A stretch of DNA of 64,000 nucleotides from Folioceros fuciformis. Its lineage: Eukaryota. The DNA lies in contig JBNGIO010006141.1 in the NCBI GenBank assembly GCA_049999805.1, positions 151,057 through 215,056 of the forward strand, read 5' to 3'. Both the position numbers and the translations under genes were made by a program. Below, piece by piece: positions 48,651 through 59,929 of this stretch; the stretch's first letter is position 1; every line of letters starts with the position of its first letter. The notes below the pieces were generated by a model. That model did not search any database. It saw only the letters and a list, made by a program, of their open reading frames with translations, and was not told the DNA's origin.

Positions 48651-51600
48651 TTATCTCGGGTACTGCTTCTCATCCCCGACCAAAAAACTATGCACCTCTT
48701 TGTCTGTCCACCAGCACTGACCTGGCTGCTTCCATGCCCTGATTCGTTTCCGCAGCGTTTGCATCTTCTCTGCCTGCTCCCACATCTGGGCACCAGTGTA
48801 TATGTTTGACATCAACACATAAGCTGCGGCATCTTTCTTGTCCAACTTCACAGCTTCATTGAACGCCTGGTTCCCCACTTCCACGTCACCCCACTTTCCA
48901 CACGCACCCAACAGGGTGTGCCAGATTGTAGCATTGGGGGACACGGGCATCGTCCTTACCAAACCTAGAGCCTCATCCAAGTGCCCGGCACGACCCAGGA
49001 GATCCACCATGCATGCGTAGTGCTTCTCGCTGGGTGTGATGCCATACTGTTTGCTCATAGCTAAAAACAACTCCCGCCCCTTGTTCACGAGACCTGCATG
49101 GCTGCACACTGTTAGAACACTGAGGAACGTGATGCTGTCTGGCCGCAAGCCGTCTTCTCTCATTCTCTGAACCAGGTCAAGGACCACTGCACTGTCACCT
49201 TGACAGGCGTAGCTTGCAATTAACGCATTCCAGGGGACTATGCCCCTTTCGGGCAAGCCATTAAACACACGCTGAGCATCCAAAGTGCTCCCGCACTTTC
49301 CATACATGTTGATCAAACTGCCAGCTACACACGAATCAGACTCGAGGCCTTGTTCTACGAGCTGCGCATGCAGCTGCCTACCCAGATGTAGAGCTGCCAC
49401 ATTTGCGCATGCTTGTAGGAGACACACGAACGTCACGGAATCTGCTCCAGCCCTGCCCTCTCCTTGCATAGCACTGTAGAGACGTAGGGCTTCCAGCCCC
49501 ATTCCCTGCTGCGAATACCCTGCTATCATGGCATTCCATGTCACCACATTTTTTTCACCAAGTCCGTCGAACACCATCTGCGCGTCATTCAGGCTGCCGC
49601 ATTTTGCATACATGTTCACCAAACTGTTGGCTACGAACACATCAGCTTCATGTCCTCGCTCCTTGATTTGCGCATGAAGCTGCTTCCCCTTCTCTAATGC
49701 TGACATGCCCACACTGGCACACGCCTGAAGGAGGCAGACGAATGTCAAGGAATCGGGTACAGCTATGCCTTCTTGTTGCATGCCACTGTAGAGGCGAAGG
49801 GCTTCCAGCCCCATACCCTGCTGGGAGTACCCTGCTATCATAGCAGTCCATGTCACCACATCTTTCTGAACCAGTCCGTCAAACACTCTCTCAGCCTCAT
49901 CCAAGCTGCCACACTTTGCATACATGTTCACCAAACTGCTGGCTACAAACACGTCGCCTTCGTGTCCTCGTTCCCTGATTTCCGCGTGAATATGCATCCC
50001 CTGCTCCAGCGCCGCGGTGCCCATGCCGGCGCATGCCTGAAGGAGGCAGACAAATGTCACAGAATCAGGAACTTCAGTGCCACCTTCTTGCATAACAGTG
50101 TACAGATGAAGGGCTTCGTGCCCCATTCCCTGCTGGGAGTATCCTGCTATCATGGCATTCCATGCCACCACATGCTTCTCCCCAAGTCCGTCCAACACCC
50201 TCTGTGCAGCTTCCAAACTGCCACACTTTGCATAAGCGTTTATCAAACTGCTGGCTACACACACATCAGCTTCAAGTCCTTGTTCTATTATCTCAGTGTG
50301 CAGCTCCTTTGCCTGCTCCAAAGCCGAGGTGCCCAAACTTGCACATGCCTGCAAGAGGCACACAAATGTCACAGAATTGGGTACAGCAACTCCTTCATCA
50401 CGCATAGCCCTGTAGAGACGAAGGGATTCCGAACCCACACCCTGCTGAGTATACCCTGCAATCAGGGCAGTCCACGACACCACATCCTTGTCACCAATCC
50501 CTTCAAAAACTCTCAGTGCATCTTCCAAGCTGCCACACTTTGCATACATATTCACTAAGCTGTTGGCCACAGGCACATCAGCCTCACGTCCTTGTCTCTT
50601 GATTCGTGCATGAAGCTGCTTCCCATTCTCCAACGCTGCGGCGCCCACACTTGCACACGCCTGCAGGAGGCACATGAATGTCACGGAATCCGGTACAGCG
50701 ATGCTCTCTTCCTGCATAGCACTGTAGAGGTGAAGCGCCTTCTGCCCCATACCCTGCTGGGAATACGCTGCTATCATGGTAGTCCATGTCACTACATTCT
50801 TGTGACCGAGACCATCAAACACTCTCTGGGCCTCGTCCGAGCTGCCACATTTTGCATACATGTTCACCAAACTGTTGGCTACAAACACATCAGCTTCATA
50901 TCCTCGTTCCTTGATTTGTGCATGAAGCTCCTTGCCCTTCTCCAAAGCTGGGGCACCCGCGCTTGCACATGCCTGCAGGAGGATGACGAATGTCACAGAA
51001 TTGGGCACAGCGCTGCCTTCCTGTTGCATGGCGCCGTAAAGACACAGGGCTTCCTGCCCCTTTCCCTGCTGGGCATACCCTGCGATCATGGCATTCCACG
51101 TGACAACATCTTTCCGACCGAGTCCAGCAAACACGCCTTGAGCATCCTCCAAGCAGCCACACTTTGCGTACATGTCCACCAAGGAATTGCAGACAAACAA
51201 ATCAGGCTCCACACCACCGGCCAAGACATCAGCATGCACCTGTTGCCCAGACATCCAGTCCGATCCCCTGGCACACGCCTGAAGGGCTGCCACGAACACA
51301 TGGCCATCCGGCTTCACACCAGACGTGCGCATCCGATGATAGAGCTGTATGGCCCGCTTGTCGTGCCCATGTTTCACATGGGCAGAAATTATGGAAGACC
51401 ACATGAAGGCATCTGGCTGCGACACAGCCTCAAACACGTCCATGGCATCCTGCAATCTGCCATGGGAAGCGTACATCCGCAGGAGGTGGTTGCCCAGGAA
51501 CGTGTCGGACCGATACCCCATGTTCAGCGTCAACCCATGGACGCGCCTTCCCAGAACGAGGTCCTTCTTCACAACACACGCCTTGAGCACAGCAAAAACG

Positions 51601-52151
51601 AGAGACCTGGAAACGAGCGATTGGTCTGCCTGCACCAGACGTTCCAAAGCCTCGACAGCCTGGACGAGGCGGCCTTCGTGGCAGAGCTCGCTCACGGTTT
51701 CAGCCGTAATGCTCCCACCGTCTCCGGCAGGCCTGCGAGAATGAGGAGCGTAGGGTGAGTCCGTGCGGGGGGTGATCAAACGACTCATGCTCATGCCCAT
51801 GTGCGTGTGCGTGTGCGTGTGCGTAGCCATATGCAAAGCAGCCAGCTGCTCATCCACCCAGGCGGTCTTGTGCAAGCTGTTTACCCAGAGGACCTGTCGG
51901 GAGTGCCTGTGCTGGAAGTCGGGCCGACGGCGGCCATTGTTGTGCTGCCACCAGAGCGTTGGATCCTGAAAGAATTGTCTCCACAAATCCTCCTGCCGAC
52001 CACGCCTGTCGCTGGAGGGCGGTACGGTAGCCACCCATCCCATTGCGCGGGCTGGAATTGTGGCCCAGCTGCTGCAACCAGACGATGCAATCCTTGACGC
52101 TTGTGCTGCCGAGTGAGGCAACGAGTTCCCTGGCCCTGTGGACGAGTCCAT
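48651..52151 (-). CDS. PLS-class PPR, E+ (WW-box, no deaminase) with an N-terminal OSB-type PDF motif
   Basis: N-terminal EDLWRQFFQDPTLWWQHNNGRRRPDFQHRHSRQVLW. About 8 near-identical PLS triplets, E1/E2, then WKQPGQCWWTDKEVHSFLVGD and a stop. Confidence 0.93.
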   Translation of the reverse strand: MDSSTGPGNSLPHSAAQASRIASSGCSSWATIPARAMGWVATVPPSSDRRGRQEDLWRQFFQDPTLWWQHNNGRRRPDFQHRHSRQVLWVNSLHKTAWVDEQLAALHMATHTHTHTHMGMSMSRLITPRTDSPYAPHSRRPAGDGGSITAETVSELCHEGRLVQAVEALERLVQADQSLVSRSLVFAVLKACVVKKDLVLGRRVHGLTLNMGYRSDTFLGNHLLRMYASHGRLQDAMDVFEAVSQPDAFMWSSIISAHVKHGHDKRAIQLYHRMRTSGVKPDGHVFVAALQACARGSDWMSGQQVHADVLAGGVEPDLFVCNSLVDMYAKCGCLEDAQGVFAGLGRKDVVTWNAMIAGYAQQGKGQEALCLYGAMQQEGSAVPNSVTFVILLQACASAGAPALEKGKELHAQIKERGYEADVFVANSLVNMYAKCGSSDEAQRVFDGLGHKNVVTWTTMIAAYSQQGMGQKALHLYSAMQEESIAVPDSVTFMCLLQACASVGAAALENGKQLHARIKRQGREADVPVANSLVNMYAKCGSLEDALRVFEGIGDKDVVSWTALIAGYTQQGVGSESLRLYRAMRDEGVAVPNSVTFVCLLQACASLGTSALEQAKELHTEIIEQGLEADVCVASSLINAYAKCGSLEAAQRVLDGLGEKHVVAWNAMIAGYSQQGMGHEALHLYTVMQEGGTEVPDSVTFVCLLQACAGMGTAALEQGMHIHAEIRERGHEGDVFVASSLVNMYAKCGSLDEAERVFDGLVQKDVVTWTAMIAGYSQQGMGLEALRLYSGMQQEGIAVPDSLTFVCLLQACASVGMSALEKGKQLHAQIKERGHEADVFVANSLVNMYAKCGSLNDAQMVFDGLGEKNVVTWNAMIAGYSQQGMGLEALRLYSAMQGEGRAGADSVTFVCLLQACANVAALHLGRQLHAQLVEQGLESDSCVAGSLINMYGKCGSTLDAQRVFNGLPERGIVPWNALIASYACQGDSAVVLDLVQRMREDGLRPDSITFLSVLTVCSHAGLVNKGRELFLAMSKQYGITPSEKHYACMVDLLGRAGHLDEALGLVRTMPVSPNATIWHTLLGACGKWGDVEVGNQAFNEAVKLDKKDAAAYVLMSNIYTGAQMWEQAEKMQTLRKRIRAWKQPGQCWWTDKEVHSFLVGDEKQYPR

Positions 52152-53109
52152 GGCTCACGGCGGCACAAGGTGAGGGCCCCTCATCCATGGATGCATGTCA
52201 TCCATACCACACTGTGACTAGTGCGCCATGTACGGAGCGTGCTGGTTTTGTGCTCTGGTACACGGCTGTCAATCACTGCCTTGGATGCTGCTGGGTGCCT
52301 TAGAATGGCATGACACGGCGGGGGAACAACCATTACGTTAAGAGGAAAGAAACAACCATAAACATATCCAGTCCAATCCAATCTACTCCACAGACACAGC
52401 CACACATCTACAGTCAGACCCCTGTAATTGGGAACAAATGGGAGTAGAAAAAATCGTCCCCTTTAGAGGCGTTCCCCTTGAGGCATTTTCATTTTTTTGA
52501 AAATAAATCGAAAGACGTAAAAAAATTCGAAAGATCTTTAAAGCTTTAAAAAATCCAAAATGCTACCTCATACTACATGCCGTGTGCCTGTTTGCTCCTG
52601 TTTAGTGGAGGAGGACAGGACGCGGTACCTAGTGGCCCTGGCCCGAATCCGAGCGCAAGTTGACCGGGTCCATATCTGCGTCAAGTCAAAAAGAAGCGCG
52701 AGGGGGGATTGGAGATTCGGGCCATGGCTGGCCGGGGTCGGGGTCAGGAAACGGGACTGAAGGTACCGAAGCCACGAGCACAAGCACAAGCTAGAGCAGA
52801 GCCAAGAGCCAGAGCTCGGGCGAGGCGAGGTGAGGTGAGGCTGGCCGAGACGAAGAAGAGATGGGCAGGGCCGGGCCGGGCCAGCCCACCCCACGGCACA
52901 CGGAAATGCGTACCACCATTGCATCACCTCGGTTCTTGCTACCTTACTAACCACCAGCAGCGGCAGAAGCAGCAGGAGACATCATCTGCCCCGGGCGCAG
53001 ACTCAACTGCGTCCGCTGCGCACGAGCGGGGGGACCCGGACCATGGTCATCCGATCAGCTTCCTTTCCACAAGAATGCGAGCTCCTCTAGGCTGTACGTC
53101 ACGCACAGG

Positions 53110-53252
53110 CCGGGGCAGGGCAGGCCAGGGTAGTGCAAGTGCAGGGCAGGGCAGTGCAAGGGCAAGTGCAGGGCAGGCCAGGGTAGTGCAAGTGCAGGGC
53201 AGGCCAGGGTAGTGCAAGTGCAGGGCAGGCCAGTGTAGTGCAAGTGCAGGGC
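53110..53252. repeat. G-rich ~26-bp tandem repeat in the SERK leader/promoter
   Basis: gcagggcaggccagggtagtgcaagt repeated about 5 times with variants. Confidence 0.85.
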
Positions 53253-53336
53253 CGAGCCAGCAGGCTGCCTGCCTCACAGTCCTGGATCTGTAGGGATCAC
53301 ACGCGAGCAGGGAAAGGGAACCACCAGTAGGGACTC

Positions 53337-56300
53337 ATGCCCCCGTGGATTCTCCTCCTGCTCCTTCTTCTTCGTCCATTGCGAATGCGAGCTAACCCTG
53401 AAGGTCGGATCTCTTGCTCTCTCTGCAGGACTGTGTTCTAATGTGTGTCTCTAAGATCTTGATCTCCTACGGCTGCGGCCGTTAGCCGTAGCCGGTGTCG
53501 CCGTCGTTGCGCTCAGGCGTTCCTTTCCCTGCTGCCGACCGCAATGCTTCTGTCTGTGCCGGCGAATCCTGCTTCGGATCGCTGTGCGCTGCCCTGCTGC
53601 GGAGTCGTGTCGCTTTTCATGTTTCACCTCCTTCTACACCCGCAGCATTGTCTACGGCCCAGGATTACTTCGCCTGCGCTCGGCTACTCTGTGAGCTGGC
53701 TCACTCCGAATTGCGTAGCTGCATTTCCAGTGGGGCGACCTGTAACCTACACGCTGCCGGCTCTCATTAGGCCCTATACTGCACGCCTGCTTCCATTCTC
53801 TGCTTTACTGTAGAATGGACCAATGCAATCCTGGTGTTGCAGCATAGATCTATGCGCATGATGCTGGCCTTTCCGCTCCTCTCCGCTCCCGCCGCTCTCT
53901 CTTCAATCCTGTTATGGCTACTAATTACTTTGTCTACCTGTAATTATTCTCTGTCAAATCTCTCCAGGTGACGCTTTGTACGCTTTGAAGAATCATCTTC
54001 AAGATCCCACCAATGTGTTCCAGAGCTGGGATATGCAAGTGAGTCCCTGCGCAGGGACATGGTTTCACGTCAAGTGCAACGGTGACAACAGTGTCACAAG
54101 GGTGTACGTTGCTGCCTGACCCCTTCTCCAGAGCCACCTCCTGCACATCTGCTGTTTTGCTTCCTGGCATAGGAAACCTGGTGTCACGCCTTGTGTGCCT
54201 AACCTCATCTCTCGGCCAACTAAGCATGCCTTACACTCTTTTGCTTTTGCTGCAGTGATTTAGGAAATGCTTCTCTTTCTGGGCAGCTTGTGCCCGACAT
54301 TGGCAATCTTACTAATCTTGAGTTCCTGTACGAACCCAACCCTTGCCCTAGTTGAAATTCTGACTTGCATTATGTTTTCCCTTGCTTTGAAAGGAAGGGC
54401 CATGTCCCTCTGGCAACCTCTGACCGTATTTCATTCCCTGCTTTCCTCCTCGCCTCCTTCAGGGAGCTGTACAGCAATAATTTATCGGGAGAGATTCCAC
54501 CAGAGATTGGAAACCTAAGTGCTCTAGTGAGTCTTGACTTGTACCAGAACAACTTCACAGGGAACATACCTGCGACCCTCGGCGCACTGAAGTCCCTCAG
54601 ATTCCTGTAAGCTCTCTTGTTCCTGATTGCTAATCCCATCGCTCACTGTATTTTTTTAAGCGTTCTTTGTCTGCAACTCCTTTTTCTTTCGGGTTTGGTG
54701 TGTTGGTCAGGCTATTTTCAGGTACCAAGTAAACGCATTGTGTTGGTGTTGTGGGAGGAGCAGTAGGTTAAATAACAACAGCTTGTCGGGGGAGATTCCA
54801 GTGCAGCTCACATCTGCTTCTGGCTTGCAAGTTCTGTAAGTGTGCTCCACTGACAAATCTGGCTGGGTCATGCCTCTGGTGGATCCGCTCCGTCCCAGAA
54901 ATAATTCAGATGGATGGAATTTGTTGCAGTGATCTTTCTTACAATAATCTCTCGGGTGAGATTCCGGTCAATGGTTCTTTCACTCTCCTTACTACTATCA
55001 GGTGATTCCTGCCTTGGCAAGCATTCCTTTGCCTCCATTAGAGCGTTTGCGTTTCTTCTCCCTGTGTGGTAAGTTCCGCCTCCTGATGCAAGGCTCCCTG
55101 TGGCCAGTTTCCAGGGGAACAACGACCTCTGCGGTACAGTTGTGGGGCGCAGCTGTCCTGGGGCGCCTCCATTTATAACCCCACCTCCTAGTACACCATT
55201 CACAAGTCAAGGTTGAACCTCGGCTTCTTGGTCGTACGTGCAATGTGGTGATGGTGTTGTGGGCCAAGTATGACTCAGTCGTCTACGCTGTATGCAGGAG
55301 CTTCATCTGGTTCTCGTATAGCAGCTATAGCTGGGGGTGTCGCAGCCGGCGCTGCTTTGCTTTTTGCTGCTCCAGCTATCGTGTTTGCGTGGTATAGGCG
55401 TCGGACTCAGGATGCCTTCTGCGATGTTCCAGGTGCAAATCCTAATAACTTGCCTCCTCCTTCTGGGCGTAGTACTGTGCCTCTGAGTGTTGCTCTGAGA
55501 CCGTATGTGGATCGTGATTCCAGCCGAGGAAGAACCTGAAGTGCATCTGGGGCAGCTGCGGCGTTTTACATTACGCGAACTGCTGGTTGCCACGGACAAC
55601 TTGAATAATAAGAACATCTTGGGACGAGGCGGGTTTGGCGTAGTGTACAAAGGTCGTCTTGCAGATGGAACTCTGGTCGCAGTGAAGCGACTTAAGGACG
55701 AACGCAGTCCTGCGGGAGAGTTGCAGTTCCAGACGGAAGTGGAGATGATAAGCATGGCAGTACATAGAAATCTTCTCCGGCTGCGTGGGTTTTGTATGAC
55801 ACCGACCGAGCGCTTGCTTGTGTATCCCTACATGCTCAATGGCAGTGTGGCATCGCGGCTTCGAGGTTTGGCCATCTGCCTCCAGTCAGTGAGCAGCAGA
55901 CAAGTCGTTCAGCTGTTTTTTGAGGCTAGCGTAGCGTAGCTTGTGGTGTTCTTGTGGCCGGAAGTTGTCGCAGGTGATTGCATTCCTTGTGTTCTTTGGG
56001 TTGTCTAATTGATCACGATGGTCTCAGGGCGAGGAGTAGGAGAGCCTGCGTTGGATTGGCCGACGCGGAAAAGGATATCTCTGGGGTCAGCGCGGGGGCT
56101 TTCGTACCTGCATGACAATTGTGACCCCAAGATCATTCATCGGGATGTGAAGGCAGCGAACATCCTCCTGGATGAGGAGTTCGAGGCAGTGGTGGGAGAT
56201 TTTGGACTAGCCAAGCTCATGGACTACAAGGACACACACGTGACAACTGCTGTGAAAGGCACGGTTGGTCACATTGCACCTGAGTACCTGTCGACAGGCA

Positions 56301-56846
56301 AGTCTTCAGAGAAGACAGATGTGTTTGGGTTTGGAATCATGTTGTTGGAGCTCATCACAGGACAGCGAGCATATGATCTTGCTCGCCTTGCCAATGACGG
56401 TGATGTTATGTTGTTGGATTGGGTGAGCTTACTTCCCTACCGACTCATTTCGTGACACCGATCTGCATTCAGGGGTAGTAAGTAGGTTGGTGTGGTTCTC
56501 ACGGTAGCGTGGTTGTTGACCGGTACAGGTGAAAGGACTGCTTCGCGAGAAGAAGATTGATCTCCTTGTGGATCCTGATCTGAAAACAAATTACGAGCCT
56601 AAGGAAGTGGAGGAACTCATCCAGGTAGCCTTGCTTTGCACGCAAGGCTCTCCTATGGCTAGGCCAAAGATGGCCGAGGTTGCACGCATGCTTGAAGGGG
56701 ATGGGTTGCCTGAGAGTTGGGAGGAGTGGCAGCAGGTGGAGGTTGTTCGGAGCCAAGAGTTGGACCAGGTCCCTCACAGCACGTCTGAATGGATTGTAGA
56801 TTCCACGGACAATTTGCATGCTGTGGAGCTCTCTGGACCCAGATAG
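53337..56846 (+). CDS. SERK: SERK/BAK1-family LRR-II receptor-like kinase
   Basis: Signal peptide [42 protein letters not shown] exons, Pro-rich linker, [28 protein letters not shown], kinase [14 protein letters not shown]-terminus [10 protein letters not shown]. Confidence 0.96.
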
Positions 56847-57184
56847 TAGTAGTACATGTGGGTAGAGTTACTCTACCGACATGTCAAATAGATCATTACT
56901 CATAGGTTATAAAATGCGGTTGATGCACTTACTGCAGATGGTAACATTTAACGAGGAGTCCAGCCACCTTTTGGGCATAGTTCGCTCATTACACCACCAT
57001 TCACGCTTGTAGCTCAGTGACGGTCGAGTCCACTGTGTGACGTTGGACGCAGCAACAGTGTGACGAGTTCCGTTGTTGGGTCGGCTCGTTCACTCGTTGT
57101 GACTGAAGTACAGTACTGTAAGCACATTCGGCGTGAAGGCAACTTTGGTTGAGACGGAAGTGAGATCAAGGCACCCCGTTTTCT

Positions 57185-59460
57185 TCACACCAACAGAAGC
57201 CGTCTTTGCAGTAGTGAACATGGTGTGCATCTACGTCTGAGCTCTCGCCGTTCCATCCGTGAGATGAGCTTTGTGCCTGTACGAGAATGGTCACACATCC
57301 GAAGGTTCTTTCTAACTGTCAACGTCGTACCCTGCGGTGTGTCGAGCAGACCGAATGCCAGAGCCAATTTCTCTGCATACCCACACAGGGCATCCTCCTT
57401 GTTCCTGTCCCACTCCCACTCCCAGTCCATGTTCCGGTTCCAGTTCCAGCTCCACAGAAACCTGCTTGTGTCAGCCTTTATCTGCAAGTTGAGCCCCTTG
57501 AGCCTGGAAGAAACATCTTCCCTCCTCTCCCCAACGCTGAACTGGTGCAGTACGCCATTCACTTGAACCACGGCCCTTGCAGGCTTCTTCTGACCGCCAG
57601 AACATGTCAGCAAGGTTGTGATGCGCTCCACAACATCCCACCTCCCAGCGTCTGCATAAATGCTTGACATGAGAGCATAGCCAGCAGCTCCTTGAGGCTC
57701 CAACTTCACCAGTCGATCAAAGGTGCGCCTGGCCATGTCCACACTACCATACTTCCTGCATGCAGTCAGCGAACATGTCCATGCAACATTATCGGCGTCC
57801 AATGCCATGGATTTCACCACACTTTCTGCCTCACTCAACCGGCCTGCACGAGCCAGCATATCCACCACGCAAGTGTAATGCTCGGGTGCAGGGTGGATCC
57901 CATGCTCTCCTCTCATGCTGCTGAAGATCCGTTGGCCCTCATCCACCATGCCACCACGACTCCACGCCTTCAAAACCGACATGAACGTGGCAGCATTTGG
58001 CCTCACACCCTCTTGCTGCATGCCATGAAAGCAGGTCACCGCCGAACTCCAACTGTTGTGCTGGGCATAGCCGTTTATGAAAGCTGTCCATGTCACCACA
58101 TTTCGGGTGGACAGCCTGTCGAACACACCTTGGGCATCCACTAGGCTCCCACACTTGGCATAGGTGTCCACCAACGTGTTTCCAACCCACGTATTGATTT
58201 CCAGCCCCTGTTCCAGAATCTGATCGTGAACCTTCTTTGCCTCTCGAATGTCTCCCATATTGCCACACGCTTTGAGCACGCTCACGAAAGTGAAACCATT
58301 TGGCGATACCACGCCCTCTTCTTGTTGCATTCGCCAATACAGTTTTTGGGCTTCCTCGTCGAGCCCATGCTGCACATATCCTGCAATCAGGATATATTCA
58401 CAGGCTTTCAGTATGGATGCGAAAGTGACCTTGTCTGGAATGAAGCCAGCTCGCTGCATGTTCCAGTAAAGTTCGATGGCCTCATGACCCCGACCCTGAT
58501 GAGCATACCCGGTGATCATAATGCTCCATGTCACCAAATCTCTGGCTGGCAATGTGTTGAACACTGTACGAGCATTGCTCAGACTGCTACATTTCACATG
58601 CATGTCCACCAGGGCATTTCCCACAAAAACATTTGACTGGATCCCGCTGTTGCTGAGATGAGCATGAACCAACAGGCCTGATGCCAAGTCTGATGCATGT
58701 GCACACGCTTTTAGAACAGCAACAATCATGTGGGCATCGGGCCTCACATTCGACTGACGCACCAGCATCTGCTTGCACAGCTTGATACCATTTGCTGCTT
58801 GTCCGTGGTCTGCATTCGTTGAGATAATTGCTGTCCACACACACCTGCTGGAAGCCACCAGCCTACTGAACAACTGATTGGCCTCCAGCAGCCTTCCTTC
58901 ACTTGCATACATGCGGATGATGTGGCTAGCTAGGTATGTCTCACGCCCATTTCGCACAGCGAAGGCATGCACACGCCTTCCCAGCTCAACATCTTTCCGC
59001 GCAATGCACTCCTTGACAAGATGTAGTAACGCATCCAGTAAAACCTGGGAGTCCTGCACGCACCTGGGAGTCTCTGCAGGGTCTCACGGAGCTGCCCAGC
59101 ATCACACATCGTGATCCAGGCTTCAGCATCCAGAATATTGGAAGGTGACGACCTGCACATAAAGCTGGCGAGTTGGGCATCACAACACCTAAAGTAAAGC
59201 CCCATGATCCTGACGACCATGCCTCACTACAAACTATACCTGACACCTTCTCCTGGTTCTGCTCTGCATCCAGCGGCGGTGTGCACCGTGTGAGAAAGCG
59301 ATATGACTGTCTCTGCAAGCTCCCTCTTTACCACCTGATTCTGATGGAGGTTCTGCGTGTGAGGATCCCCAACACTGAAATTGCAAGTGCAACTCCGACT
59401 GCGACTGCAAAGGTCCAGTTCGTTACCTTGCTCCACCAGTTGTCCCAACACTGCCACTGC
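57185..59460 (-). pseudogene. Decaying PLS-PPR DYW:KP gene
   Basis: The main ORF (57185-59059) begins at GTG and the N-terminal pieces lie in other frames. Internal motif deletion (LKACEY|ILIAGY), KKPARA, HAE changed to YAE, CxxC changed to CDHS, and a frameshifted C-terminus. Confidence 0.8.
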
Positions 59461-59929
59461 GACGCAACGGCCCGCTCATCTGCAATACAAGATTCAGTGG
59501 CCCCCTTACGTTAGATCAGAGGTGTGGGGGAGCACGGACAGGCCTTCGACACAGCACTCTCATGATGGACCCGCCTCACTCACCGCCCTGTCCGCTGCGC
59601 TCGGCCAGTCCCCGGCTCCGAAGGCTTGATTGGCTGATGTTGCAGTCCTGCTCGATGCTGGGGGCATTGCATTTGCTACTAGGCCTCTGCTTCAGGCACG
59701 AGGCCAGCTTCAGCTTTACAGGTCCGCGCAGGGGATCAGGGCTGGGGCACTTCATTCTGCAACATCGTAACAAGATTTCCGCAAATCAAGCGATCACCAA
59801 GCTCTCTTTTCCTTTTTTTGGTTTGCTGTCCTGAGTGCTGACTCCCGTGCTCTAAGGCTTGAGCGATGCAAGCCCCTTTGGAGTGGCACCTTTTCTTATA
59901 GCCGGGGAAATCTTTAAGACTCGCAGGAA

